A DNA stretch of 64,000 nt from Thermoplasmatota archaeon (lineage in GTDB: Archaea > Thermoplasmatota > JAKEGO01). Below, in pieces: positions 38,359 to 50,298 of the stretch; position 1 is the stretch's first letter, and every line of letters starts with the position of its first letter. The notes under the pieces were generated by a model. That model was given only the letters and a program-made list of their open reading frames with translations. It made no database searches and had not been told where the DNA came from. A program made the translations under genes and the position numbers. The stretch is taken from positions 64,001 through 128,000 of the forward strand of contig JANQNK010000001.1 of NCBI GenBank assembly GCA_028279595.1. The letters are read 5' to 3'.

Positions 38359-38641
38359 AGGGGGGTTCGTGGGGACCAAATTCGGGTGCAGATGCATAGA
38401 ATATGTCGAATTCCCCCGACACCGGGGCGCAGTAATCCCATGTCGTTTATAAGCTCTTCGGTACATCGCGTAAAAATATCAACCGGGCAATGAATTTTCG
38501 CATCAAAGTGATGCATTATTCTCGGGTCAACCGTTACAGGAATTGGAAATCCCGGTGCCGGAATTAATAATGTCCGGAGCATCCGAGTCGTGTGATTACA
38601 TTTCTTATACCCATTCCGTCATACTCGTCCGAGGTGATCGA

Positions 38642-39124
38642 TTGGAGATAGAACTGATCGACGTCGACAAGCCGGAGGACATGAACTTCATTCTCGGACA
38701 GAGCCATTTCATCAAGACGGCCGAGGACGTCTTCGAGGCGCTGGTCAACGCGGTGCCTGGCATCGAGTTCGGCGTCGCCTTCTGCGAGGCCTCGATGAAA
38801 CGACTGGTCAGGGCGGAGGGGACCTCGGACGAGCTCAGGGACCTTGCCGCGAAGAACGCCGAGAACATCGGCTGCGGACACTCCTTCATCATAATGCTCG
38901 GGAACGTCTTCCCGCTGAACGTGCTCCATGCGGTCAAGGGAGTTCCCGAGGTCGTCGGGATCTTCTGTGCGACAGCGAATCCGACCAAGGTCGTCGTGGC
39001 CGTGGAGGGCGACCAGCGCGGTATCCTCGGTGTCCTTGACGGGTTCAAGCCCCTCGGCATCGAGACGGAGGCTGACGTCGAGGACAGGCGCAAGTTCCTG
39101 CGGGCCATTGGCTACAAGAAGTGA
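38642..39124 (+). CDS. Adenosine-specific kinase family (DUF355) protein
   Basis: NFILGQSHFIKT, FCEAS, CATANP, RGILGVLDG, IGYK. TTG start 4 nt after GAGGTGA. Confidence 0.9.
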   Translation: MEIELIDVDKPEDMNFILGQSHFIKTAEDVFEALVNAVPGIEFGVAFCEASMKRLVRAEGTSDELRDLAAKNAENIGCGHSFIIMLGNVFPLNVLHAVKGVPEVVGIFCATANPTKVVVAVEGDQRGILGVLDGFKPLGIETEADVEDRRKFLRAIGYKK

Positions 39125-39152
39125 ATTCACTGCCGTCCCGAACGGAGCGTTC

Positions 39153-40241
39153 TCAGTATCTCAACAGAGCGCCGACGCCGCCGAGCTCGTCCAGTGAGGG
39201 CTGTTCCTTGACGAACTCGAGGGCGGTCCTCATCTCGACCGCCTTCTCGGCCAGCTCCTCGACGAGGTCGACGTTCAGGCACTCGGAGCCGCAGTTCGGA
39301 CATTCGGCGCTATCGAACGAGACTATCCTGTCCTTCTCGCACTTCCATCCGGGGACCCTGAGTCCCATCGCGACCACGATGAGGTCCGACCTTCCGGCCT
39401 CCGTCGCCCTGTACGTCTCCTTGATCCCGTAGACCGCAGCGTCTCCCTTCAGGATCGCCGAGACCAGGGCCTCCACGGCCTCCCTCTCCTCGATCGCCTC
39501 CGTCTCGAAGAACATCTCTGTCGCCCTCTCGAGGACCTCCGAATCGGAGGCGTCCCCGGAGACGGGAAAGGTCCCGATGACCCTCCTGCTCAGGTCCTGG
39601 GGAAGACTTCCCACGAAGACCTCGCGGGCTATCCCGGGCCCCGTAACGATGATCCGCCTCACTTCGGTCTTGCCGACCATCTCGTCGAGCGCGTCCTCGA
39701 CATCCTTGAAGAAATGTTTGAGTTCTATGTCCCGGTTCCTCTGGTAGCGCATCTGCGACCATCCGCCCTTCTTGTGGTGGTGGAAGATCGATTCGCTCAG
39801 CTCCCTCCGGCCGGCGATCATCTCGCCCTCGACTATGCTGAGGCGGGCGTGGTTCTCGTCGATGTAGACAACGATGTAGGTCTCGTACTCCTCGTTGTAG
39901 GTCAGAAGGGGAAGTATGTAAGGGGATGAATCGACGACCATCGAGGTGCCCGCGCTCGCTCCGAGCTCGAACACCCTCTCGAACCCGTTCTCAACGGAGA
40001 CGAAGACCGCCGTGGGAGTGGACCTTCCCTTGAGCAGGTCCATCGCCCGCTCCAGGTTCTTCTCGAAGGGGTCCCGGAGGTCCCTCCTCTCGCGCAGGGC
40101 CTTCGATATGTCCGATGCCCTCCTGTAGAGGGCGGACTCGTTCGTCCTCACCGTCGGGTCCGAGTAGACCGACAGATATCGTGGGGATTCGTCGTAGGTT
40201 TCCGCTAGCTCAAGTAGTTCGTCGCGTTCGAGCAAGTTCAT
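39153..40241 (-). CDS. aeRF1-superfamily release-factor paralog (baeRF-type)
   Basis: YLSVY, YILPL, HKKGGWSQMRYQR, C-terminal eRF1_3-like domain with Zn ribbon and GGVGALLRY. Confidence 0.85.
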   Translation of the reverse strand: MNLLERDELLELAETYDESPRYLSVYSDPTVRTNESALYRRASDISKALRERRDLRDPFEKNLERAMDLLKGRSTPTAVFVSVENGFERVFELGASAGTSMVVDSSPYILPLLTYNEEYETYIVVYIDENHARLSIVEGEMIAGRRELSESIFHHHKKGGWSQMRYQRNRDIELKHFFKDVEDALDEMVGKTEVRRIIVTGPGIAREVFVGSLPQDLSRRVIGTFPVSGDASDSEVLERATEMFFETEAIEEREAVEALVSAILKGDAAVYGIKETYRATEAGRSDLIVVAMGLRVPGWKCEKDRIVSFDSAECPNCGSECLNVDLVEELAEKAVEMRTALEFVKEQPSLDELGGVGALLRY

Positions 40242-40246
40242 CCCTC

Positions 40247-40549
40247 CTAGGATTTGATTATCGCGATCAGGAACACTCCGGCAGCCAGTATGGCCCCGAG
40301 GATGACGCCGATCACGACCATGGCCGCGTGGAAGATGTCCACATCCTCGAAGAAGAACCCTTCGACGTCCGCTATCAGGACGTAAGAGTAAAGGGCTATG
40401 ATCGCGAGGCCGATCACAAGGAACACACCACCGATCTTGCGGGTCTTCCCCGCGCCGAAATAGAGGGTGAAAGCGCCAGCGAAGAGCATCAATATCGAGA
40501 ACGATAACAGGAAGACTGCTCCTATTACTTCAATGGGTCCAGCGCACAT
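40247..40549 (-). CDS. Small 3-TM membrane protein
   Basis: G.FT.YFGAGKTRKIG followed by hydrophobic helices. Confidence 0.75.
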   Translation of the reverse strand: MCAGPIEVIGAVFLLSFSILMLFAGAFTLYFGAGKTRKIGGVFLVIGLAIIALYSYVLIADVEGFFFEDVDIFHAAMVVIGVILGAILAAGVFLIAIIKS

Positions 40550-40640
40550 TTTCTATCCCTCCCGACCAAATCGCCGTTTGGTTATTAAACCTTTTTGGGA
40601 CAGGGATATAATGGGTGTAGGGGATGGTGAGCCGATCGAA

Positions 40641-41384
40641 ATGGAGATACCCGAGGACCACCCGAGATACCTGTCGCTGACGTCGCGGGAGAGGATAGCC
40701 GACGGCGTGGAAGCAGGGCTCGTCGACCGGACGGGGCTCATCGCCCACGGCAGGGGAGAGGCCTTCGACTACCTCCTCGGGGAGACGACCATCCCTCCCG
40801 CAGAGATGGCCACCAAGGCGGCTGCTGCAGCACTTGTGCAGGCGGACTCGTCCGTCATCTCCGTGAACGGAAACACAGCTGTCCTTTCCGGGGAGGAGAT
40901 CGCCTCGATGTCCAGGATCCACGACATCCCCGTCGAGATCAACATCTTCCACCGCACCGAGGGGAGGGTCGCACGACTGGTGGACCACATGAAAGGCTTC
41001 GGGCTCGACGACGTTCTCGGTATAGATCCCGATGCAACGATACCCAACCTCGCTCAACCGAGGGCGGCCTGCTGCGAGGTCGGGATATACAATGCCGACG
41101 TCGTCCTCGTTCCGCTCGAGGACGGCGACAGGGCCCAAGCCCTGAAGGGGATGGGAAAGACCGTCATCACTATCGATCTCAATCCTCTTTCCAGGACCGC
41201 CAGGACGGCCGACATCACCATCGTCGACAACGTCGTCAGGGCCATCCCGAACATCGACGAGGCCATGTCCGAGATGTCAAGGGAGGAAGCGCAAGGGATA
41301 CTCTCAGCCTTCGATAATGGTGACAATCTGAAGGAAACGATGGAGTTCATCGCCCGCAGGATGTCCGCGGGCGACGATCGCTGA
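40641..41384 (+). CDS. Phosphopantothenate synthetase (4-phosphopantoate--beta-alanine ligase)
   Basis: IP.DHPRY.SL, GLIAHGRGEAFDYL, VPLEDGDR, IDLNPLSRT. Confidence 0.95.
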   Translation: MEIPEDHPRYLSLTSRERIADGVEAGLVDRTGLIAHGRGEAFDYLLGETTIPPAEMATKAAAAALVQADSSVISVNGNTAVLSGEEIASMSRIHDIPVEINIFHRTEGRVARLVDHMKGFGLDDVLGIDPDATIPNLAQPRAACCEVGIYNADVVLVPLEDGDRAQALKGMGKTVITIDLNPLSRTARTADITIVDNVVRAIPNIDEAMSEMSREEAQGILSAFDNGDNLKETMEFIARRMSAGDDR

Positions 41385-41440
41385 GAAAACTCGAGGATCC
41401 GTATCAGAGTACGGTATTTATCACGATAATGACCACGAAG

Positions 41441-41482
41441 GGAGAGCGGACCGCCTGTCCCCCGACCCGCCGGCCGCTCTCC
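41441..41482. terminator. GC-rich hairpin between convergent genes
   Basis: GGAGAGCGG (41441-49) pairs with CCGCTCTCC (41474-82). Confidence 0.4.
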
Positions 41483-41495
41483 GTTGTGATCCTTC

Positions 41496-41591
41496 TCACT
41501 CGATGTTGATCAGTTCGCCCTTGACGAGCACGTAGTGTTTCGGCTTGATCAGATCGAACCGGACCATCGCGAACTTCTTTTCTTTCACCAT
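41496..41591 (-). CDS. 31-aa micro-protein P3 MVKEKKFAMVRFDLIKPKHYVLVKGELINIE
   Basis: GAGGAGG SD, upstream CTTAAA box, strongly GC3-biased codons. Not in ORF track. Confidence 0.75.
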   Translation of the reverse strand: MVKEKKFAMVRFDLIKPKHYVLVKGELINIE

Positions 41592-41715
41592 TTTTTGTCC
41601 CCTCCTCTTAGAACTACTACACACCCCTCCTTTAAGTCGAGATTAGTGCGGTCTTTTTACATCTTTAATAGACATTGGTCCGATGTTTTGACATCAGCGG
41701 GGAAGAACACACTTT

Positions 41716-43107
41716 CTACTGGAATCCTGCCGCCACCCGCGGCCCCAACACCTGCCATATAACGAGGAAGAAAACTAGTAGACTGATGAACAGCAGGCTC
41801 CTTCCCACTGCCCTCTCCGTCCTTTCCTTCTTCCAGCCAAGCTTCGTGAAGAACGCGGTCGCTCCGTCGTGGAATATGTAGGAGCCGTCGAACGGCACTG
41901 CTGGCAGGGCGTTGCTGATGCCGACCATCAGGTTGAGCCAGAAGAGCCAGTAGAAGACATTTGCCAGGAGCCAGAACATCGGCTCTGACGTCTCCGCTAT
42001 AGGTCCAGACGGTTCGTAGACGTCGGTGATCGGCTCGTGGAACGGAACGAGACCCGAGAACGGCGGGACGATGGCGTAGTTGATCATGTTGTTCCTGAGC
42101 TCCCCGAAGTCGTCGGCGGACGCGATCGGATGGTGGAGCACCTCCTTCAGCTCCACCGTGCTGACGCCCATGAGGTAGATGCCGATGTATCCGTTGTCCC
42201 TGTCCTCATCGAGCTTCGTGTAATCGTACCTGTCGGCCAGAGTGGCGTTGATCCACTGTTTCTCGCCCTCGTACCACACGTACAGGCTGACGTTGTCCCC
42301 AGGTTCGGTGAACTCCATGAAATCGTGGAAGTCGTCGTAGTTCCTGACCCTGAAGTCGCCCAGGGGTATGCCCAGACGGTCGCCGGATATGTTCAGGAGG
42401 ATCATTCCCGCCTTCAGCCCGGCGTCGTCAGCGGGCGAGTCCTCGACGATGCCGGTGATCAGGATGCCCTCCTCGACGGGCGTCACGGCCGCCATGAAGA
42501 CGTGGGAGAATATTGCAGCACAGAGTATCGCGAATAGTATGTTCGTTGCCGGACCGACCGCAGCCATCCTGTCCCTGACCCGGGGCTTCGCCTCCTTCAA
42601 CGCCTCCTCGTCCGGCTCGACGAATGCGCCTACGGGGACGATGAAGAACAGCAGTCCGAGGGACTTGATCTTGAGCTTTCCGACCAGTGAGAGTATTCCG
42701 TGCGCCCCCTCGTGTATTACGATGGCCACTGCGAGGGCCATTATTCCGTACCAGAGAGGTATGACGGGATTGATGCCCGGAAGTCCGATGATGTGCTTCG
42801 GTTCGGGGGACCTGTCCGCGGGCAGTGACATGACGTAGACGGCGCTCCAGAGGAGAAGCACCATCATGGCGACCATGGCGAAGACCGTTATCGCTATCGA
42901 TACGTCGCCATACCACTTCCAGAACCTGTCCTTCTCCGCCATCCTTTCCAGGAGGGCCTTGCCCTTCTCGGTCTTCCACATGATGAAGGGTCCGTAGAGC
43001 GCGAGGTGGTACCTCTCGAGGATGCCCTTGTTCCTGGCATACAGCGCCAGGAGTAGGTACGCGCCTATCAGGGCCTCGGTGAAGATGTACCACTCGTAAA
43101 CGTTCAT
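41716..43107 (-). CDS. Site-2 protease (M50) with PDZ domain
   Basis: HEGAH, GAFVEP, SPA..AGL..G PDZ motif, NALPAVPFDG. Confidence 0.95.
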   Translation of the reverse strand: MNVYEWYIFTEALIGAYLLLALYARNKGILERYHLALYGPFIMWKTEKGKALLERMAEKDRFWKWYGDVSIAITVFAMVAMMVLLLWSAVYVMSLPADRSPEPKHIIGLPGINPVIPLWYGIMALAVAIVIHEGAHGILSLVGKLKIKSLGLLFFIVPVGAFVEPDEEALKEAKPRVRDRMAAVGPATNILFAILCAAIFSHVFMAAVTPVEEGILITGIVEDSPADDAGLKAGMILLNISGDRLGIPLGDFRVRNYDDFHDFMEFTEPGDNVSLYVWYEGEKQWINATLADRYDYTKLDEDRDNGYIGIYLMGVSTVELKEVLHHPIASADDFGELRNNMINYAIVPPFSGLVPFHEPITDVYEPSGPIAETSEPMFWLLANVFYWLFWLNLMVGISNALPAVPFDGSYIFHDGATAFFTKLGWKKERTERAVGRSLLFISLLVFFLVIWQVLGPRVAAGFQ

Positions 43108-43330
43108 GTCAACGTCGAGGCATTGCAACGTCCTTATTTAAGCGAATAGGTATTAATCGGGAATTCCCGGGACCTCGGCCCCCTCTCAATTGATATAAAG
43201 GAAGCCCTTCCGGGGGGTAGAATTCCACGGGCACCGGCGGTCGGCGGGCGGACTCCCTGGCACATGCCTGGAATCGCCGTTATGGGAACATTTATTAATC
43301 CCCCGTACCATCACAACCGGGGGTTATCCC

Positions 43331-45730
<2,400 letters not shown>

Positions 45731-45731
<1 letters not shown>

Positions 45732-47362
45732 TGGCTGTCGTAGGTTTCGAGGGCACCGCCCACACGGCGGGCGTCGGTGTCGTCTCCGACGATGGAGAGT
45801 TCCTTTCGAACATCATCGACATGTACAGGCCGGAGTCCGGCGGGATCCATCCCCGGGAGGCTGCCGACCATCACTCCGCGGTCTTCAGTGAACTGTTGCG
45901 CAATGCGATGGAGGAGGCAGGCATCGGCCGGAACGACATCGACGCCGTCGCATTCTCCATGGGGCCGGGCCTCGGTCCCTGTCTCAGGGTCACGGCGACG
46001 GCGGCGAGGACCGCCGCTATGTCGCTTGGAGTGCCGCTTGCGGGTGTCAACCACTGTGTCGCACACCTCGAGATCGGGCGCGCCTTCGGCGCGTCGGACC
46101 CCGTTCTGCTCTACGTTTCTGGAGGGAACACACAGGTCATCGCCTACGTCGAGGGAAGGTACCGCGTGATCGGAGAGACCCTAGACATCGGCATCGGGAA
46201 CATGCTCGACAAGCTCGGGCTCTCGATGGGCCTGACGTTCCCGGCCGCGCCGAAGCTGGAGAAGATGGCACTCGAAGGGTCCGTCATCCATGAACTCCCG
46301 TATTCGGTGAAGGGCATGGACGTGGCCTTCTCAGGGATACTGACCGCCGCGCAACGGATGGAGGCCGCCGAGAACGACCTCGCCCTCTCGGTCCAGGAGA
46401 CCGCATTCTCGATGCTCATCGAGGTGACGGAGAGGGCAATGGCCCATACAGGCAAGGAGGAGCTCCTTCTCGGAGGGGGAGTGGCCCAGAACTCCCGCCT
46501 CGTCGAGATGGCCCGCATCATGTGTGAGGAGAGGGGCGCCACCATGATAGTCCCGCCGAGGGACCTGCTCAGGGACAACGGCGCGATGATTGCGTACACT
46601 GGCCTGCTCATGCACAGGGCCGGCGCACACACACCCATCGATTCAAGCACCGTCTTGCAGAGGTTCCGGACGGACGAGGTCGACGCATTCTGGACGGGCC
46701 TCGACACCACGGATAATCCCGGGATGTCCTTCACACCAGGCGGTGAGGTCCACAGGATCGGGGCCGAGGCGACGGTGACATCCACGGATTGGCACGGGAT
46801 CCCTTCGGTCTCCAAGGAGAGGCGGCCAAAGGGCTATCGCTCCAGCGACCTCGACAGGTCCCTCCGGGACAGCAGGACGAGGCACGAGGCCAGGATGCTG
46901 TCCGAGGCGAGGCGGATCGGGGTCATGACCCCGAGGGTCCTGGATGTCGACCGGTCCACGTCCACCATCGTTATGGAGAGGATCGACGGCCCGACCCTCA
47001 GGGACGTCCTGTCGGACGATCCCGAGGGTGAGGCCCTTGCAAGGTTCGGAACGGTCCTGGCGACCCTTCACAACGGGGGATTCACCCACGGGGACCCGAC
47101 GACCTCCAACGCCCTCGTCACGGACGACGGATTGGTCCTGATAGACCTGAGCCTCGGCGGCGCCCAGGCGGACCCTGAAGGGATGGCCGTGGACCTGAAG
47201 CTCGCGAGGGAAGCGCTCGAGAGCACCCACCCGAACGCCGACTTCGGAAAGGTCCTCGGCGCGTACAGCGAGGTCTCGAACGAGCCCGGGGTCCTCGGAC
47301 GTCTCGAAGACCTCGATTCCAGGGGCCGTTACAGAAGGCGGGAAGCCGTCCAGGACCATTGA
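45731..47362 (+). CDS. kae1: Bifunctional Kae1 (t6A synthase) / Bud32 kinase
   Basis: EGTAHT, HC.AHLE, SGGNTQ, DNGAMIA, then GAEA, HGDPTTSN, IDL.L, RGRY. Confidence 0.95.
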
Positions 47363-47451
47363 AAACGCCGTTTTCCTGCGTATTTCACCTCGAATCCGTT
47401 GTCAAATATCGATTAAAAAGTTTATATGCGATGAGACCGGATTTGTTCCTG

Positions 47452-48438
47452 ATGAGAAGTCTCTTCATCGTTCCGGCGCTGATACTGCTCCTCGCTCTGG
47501 GCTCTGCAGCCGGAGCGCCGAACCCCGACCCCCCGGGGGACGAGATCACCGTCGTCATCGAGTTCGCTGCCAATTCCCAGATCACAGCAACACCGGGATC
47601 CTCTTTCGACCTTTACGGCAACGTCAGTTACGAGAATCCCTACTCGTCAGAGCTGACGGTAGAGCTGTCCGCCGACGCCGGGACCTGGAACTCGCACGTT
47701 ATACCAAACAACTTCACGGTCGAGGACGACGTTGGCATCGTCGCATACACGGTCAGGGTGACCGTCCCGGACGGAGCGAGTTCGACCGAAAGCGTGTGGG
47801 CCACCGGCGAGTGGTCCTCCGGCGACATGGAGGGCGACGCCGTCCCCGACAGGGTCCAAGCCGGGGCCATACCGGGCGACGAGAGCCATGATTCCAGCCC
47901 AAATGACATGATGATGCTGGCCGCTGTCACCACTGGAGCGGCTGCAGCAGCCATCGGGATCGGCTACGCCTCATGGGCAGCCATGAAGAAGCTCCCACCG
48001 GTCGTTCCCCCGTACTATACACGTTTGAAGAAGGCCGATATCGTCGGACACAAGGCCAGGCATGACATCCTGAACAAGCTCGAGGAGGAGCCGGGCATGT
48101 CACTCGGGTCGATCGTCGACGAGCTCGGAGACTCGCGAAGTACGGTCATGTACCACCTCAGGGTCCTCGAGAAGGAGGGCCTGGTCCGGTCCCAGAGGGA
48201 AGGCCGCTCCCGGCTATTCTATCCGCAGGGTGCCCCGGCACATCCACACGTGGAGCTGGAGGACTCCATCCTCCAGACAGTGATGCTGAACCCCGGCTCC
48301 GACATCTCGGAGATCGCCCGCGAACTCGGGACCAGCAAACAGCTGATATCCTACCACGTCAACAAGCTCGCCACCTCAGACAGGTTGTGGGTAGAGATGG
48401 ACGGCCGGAGGAAGCGCTGCTATCCCCGGGATACCTGA
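47452..48438 (+). CDS. Membrane-anchored transcriptional regulator: extracellular Ig-like domain, TM, tandem wHTH
   Basis: Signal peptide, TM, then PG.....I...L....ST..YHL..LE.EGLV and PG...SEIA.ELG.SKQ..SYHV..L. Confidence 0.85.
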   Translation: MRSLFIVPALILLLALGSAAGAPNPDPPGDEITVVIEFAANSQITATPGSSFDLYGNVSYENPYSSELTVELSADAGTWNSHVIPNNFTVEDDVGIVAYTVRVTVPDGASSTESVWATGEWSSGDMEGDAVPDRVQAGAIPGDESHDSSPNDMMMLAAVTTGAAAAAIGIGYASWAAMKKLPPVVPPYYTRLKKADIVGHKARHDILNKLEEEPGMSLGSIVDELGDSRSTVMYHLRVLEKEGLVRSQREGRSRLFYPQGAPAHPHVELEDSILQTVMLNPGSDISEIARELGTSKQLISYHVNKLATSDRLWVEMDGRRKRCYPRDT

Positions 48439-48486
48439 GCCAGTCCCGCGACAGATTTTAATATTTCCAGCCCTTTACATCCACCA

Positions 48487-49497
48487 ATGGGTGTAGACTG
48501 GGGGCGCGACGATAACGAGTACGAGTACGACGAATACGATCGCCCACAGGACCGTAGGAAGAAACGGCGGGGAGCCGACTGGGACGACCGCGACTGGGCT
48601 CCCAGTGACGAACCGATGGGTCCCGACGCCGACTGGGACAGGGACTTCCAGCCACAGCGGTCCCCCGAGGAGGAGGAGCGATACCGCCGGGAGTACGAGG
48701 ACAGGGCGCGATCGCACCATTATTACCACGGCGGCATGACCGAAGTGGAACGTGAGAAGGTCCAGTTCGAGGAGGCTCGATGGGAGGCCAGCAGGGAGCC
48801 GAGACGGGCCCCGCCCCCGCAGAGCCGCGGATACAAGGGTTCCGGAGGCAAATGGGAGGACGACGTCTATCAGAGCCACCGGCCTCCCGACAGGAACATG
48901 GCGGCGGACGAGTTCTACCGCATGCAGCAGAGGGAATGGGAGGACAAGCAGTACGAGGACCCGTACCGCCCGAAGAAGAAGCCGAAAGCCAGTGCACCCA
49001 AGTGGTACAAGACCGATGCCGAGAAGTCCAGGATGGCCAAGAGGCAGGCGCACACCCCATATGTGGAGAAGGAGAAGATCATCTTAGAGGCCTACAATCT
49101 CCCTGTCGGAATGGTCATATTAACCGTACTGATGATGATTGGTGGTGCGATCGGATTAATGTTTACATTCCTCGCGATTTTCGCATCTTCATCCTTATCA
49201 GGATTTGGTGTAGATCCTGCTAGTGTTGCGGGAATAGCTATCTTTATCGGATTAGTAGTCGGAGGTCCTTCCTTATTAGCGATCTACGCTGGGATTGCTA
49301 TATTCGAACGGAAGCATTGGGGATGGGCGTATATGCGTTTCGCTATATGGTTAGTGTTCATTCCCGCCATTTACCTAATGTTCTTCACTGCAGCTTTCCT
49401 TAGTATATGCCTATTCACATGTATTGCGCCAATTGTCGGGATAGGTGGTGCAATCCTGGTTTACACCTCACGTCATGAATCCATCTTTAAAGGCTAA
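48487..49497 (+). CDS. Hypothetical membrane protein with charged disordered N-terminus and 4 TM helices
   Basis: R/D/E/P-rich N-terminal half, hydrophobic AT-richer C-terminal half. Confidence 0.7.
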   Translation: MGVDWGRDDNEYEYDEYDRPQDRRKKRRGADWDDRDWAPSDEPMGPDADWDRDFQPQRSPEEEERYRREYEDRARSHHYYHGGMTEVEREKVQFEEARWEASREPRRAPPPQSRGYKGSGGKWEDDVYQSHRPPDRNMAADEFYRMQQREWEDKQYEDPYRPKKKPKASAPKWYKTDAEKSRMAKRQAHTPYVEKEKIILEAYNLPVGMVILTVLMMIGGAIGLMFTFLAIFASSSLSGFGVDPASVAGIAIFIGLVVGGPSLLAIYAGIAIFERKHWGWAYMRFAIWLVFIPAIYLMFFTAAFLSICLFTCIAPIVGIGGAILVYTSRHESIFKG

Positions 49498-49500
49498 TCC

Positions 49501-50235
49501 TCATTTCAACATCTTGAAATCCCTGTCAAGACGGTTGGCCAGCTTCTTGACCTTTTTTCCGTGCTCCTTGTTGTAAGGACCGACCAAAACGAATGACCGG
49601 ATCTCCTTCAGACCTCTTCCCTTCGAGACCCGGACCTCGGTCCCGTCGTCGATGATGAACCTCTTCATCCTTCCGTACTGATGGGCCATCTTCCGACCGA
49701 TGTGGTGGTTGCGCCCGGACGCCCTGATCACCCTCTCGACGACCTCCTCGGTCTCGGACCGCGGCATCTTCGTTGTCGTGGCCAGCGCGGGGAACTTCCG
49801 CATGTTGTTGTACTGGTAGAGGGCAACGGCCAGGCTCACCAGCAGGGTCGTCAGGTTCAGGAGCATCATGGTGATATCGCCGTCACGCCATGGGATCGAT
49901 ATCATTATCACGACGACCATCACCACTAGAGCAAATCCCAACATGGGGTACGATCGTTGGGTATGGTACGTCGTGGACCACCACCCCTTCGTCATCGGCC
50001 TCATGGATTCCCATCCGGCCTTCACGAGACCGATCACCAGTACAACGAACAGGACGGCACCCAGTAGCAGGAACATGAAGCAGATTTCCGCCGATTCGGA
50101 AGGGCCGAACCTCGCGAACGGCCCCCATATCAACACTACGAAGATGAATGCGATGGTAACGATGAAGATCGTCCCGACCTCCATCATCTTCCTGCTGGTC
50201 AATTTGAACATTGCATCGACACGTCTCAGAGCCAT
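49501..50235 (-). CDS. Hypothetical 4-TM protein with basic C-terminal domain
   Basis: AGGTGA SD, four TM segments. Confidence 0.7.
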   Translation of the reverse strand: MALRRVDAMFKLTSRKMMEVGTIFIVTIAFIFVVLIWGPFARFGPSESAEICFMFLLLGAVLFVVLVIGLVKAGWESMRPMTKGWWSTTYHTQRSYPMLGFALVVMVVVIMISIPWRDGDITMMLLNLTTLLVSLAVALYQYNNMRKFPALATTTKMPRSETEEVVERVIRASGRNHHIGRKMAHQYGRMKRFIIDDGTEVRVSKGRGLKEIRSFVLVGPYNKEHGKKVKKLANRLDRDFKMLK

Positions 50236-50298
50236 GGTCCCTCACCTGGGCATGGCTCATTCGGATAAAGTAGATTTTGGTCTGTGGAATGGTCCCGG

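Noticed and set aside
43200-43290. GC-rich stem-loop in the divergent region between the site-2 protease and the coiled-coil gene
   Set aside because: Pairings are short and depend on G-U pairs in a GC-rich genome, and nearby TATA boxes are explained by the flanking genes.
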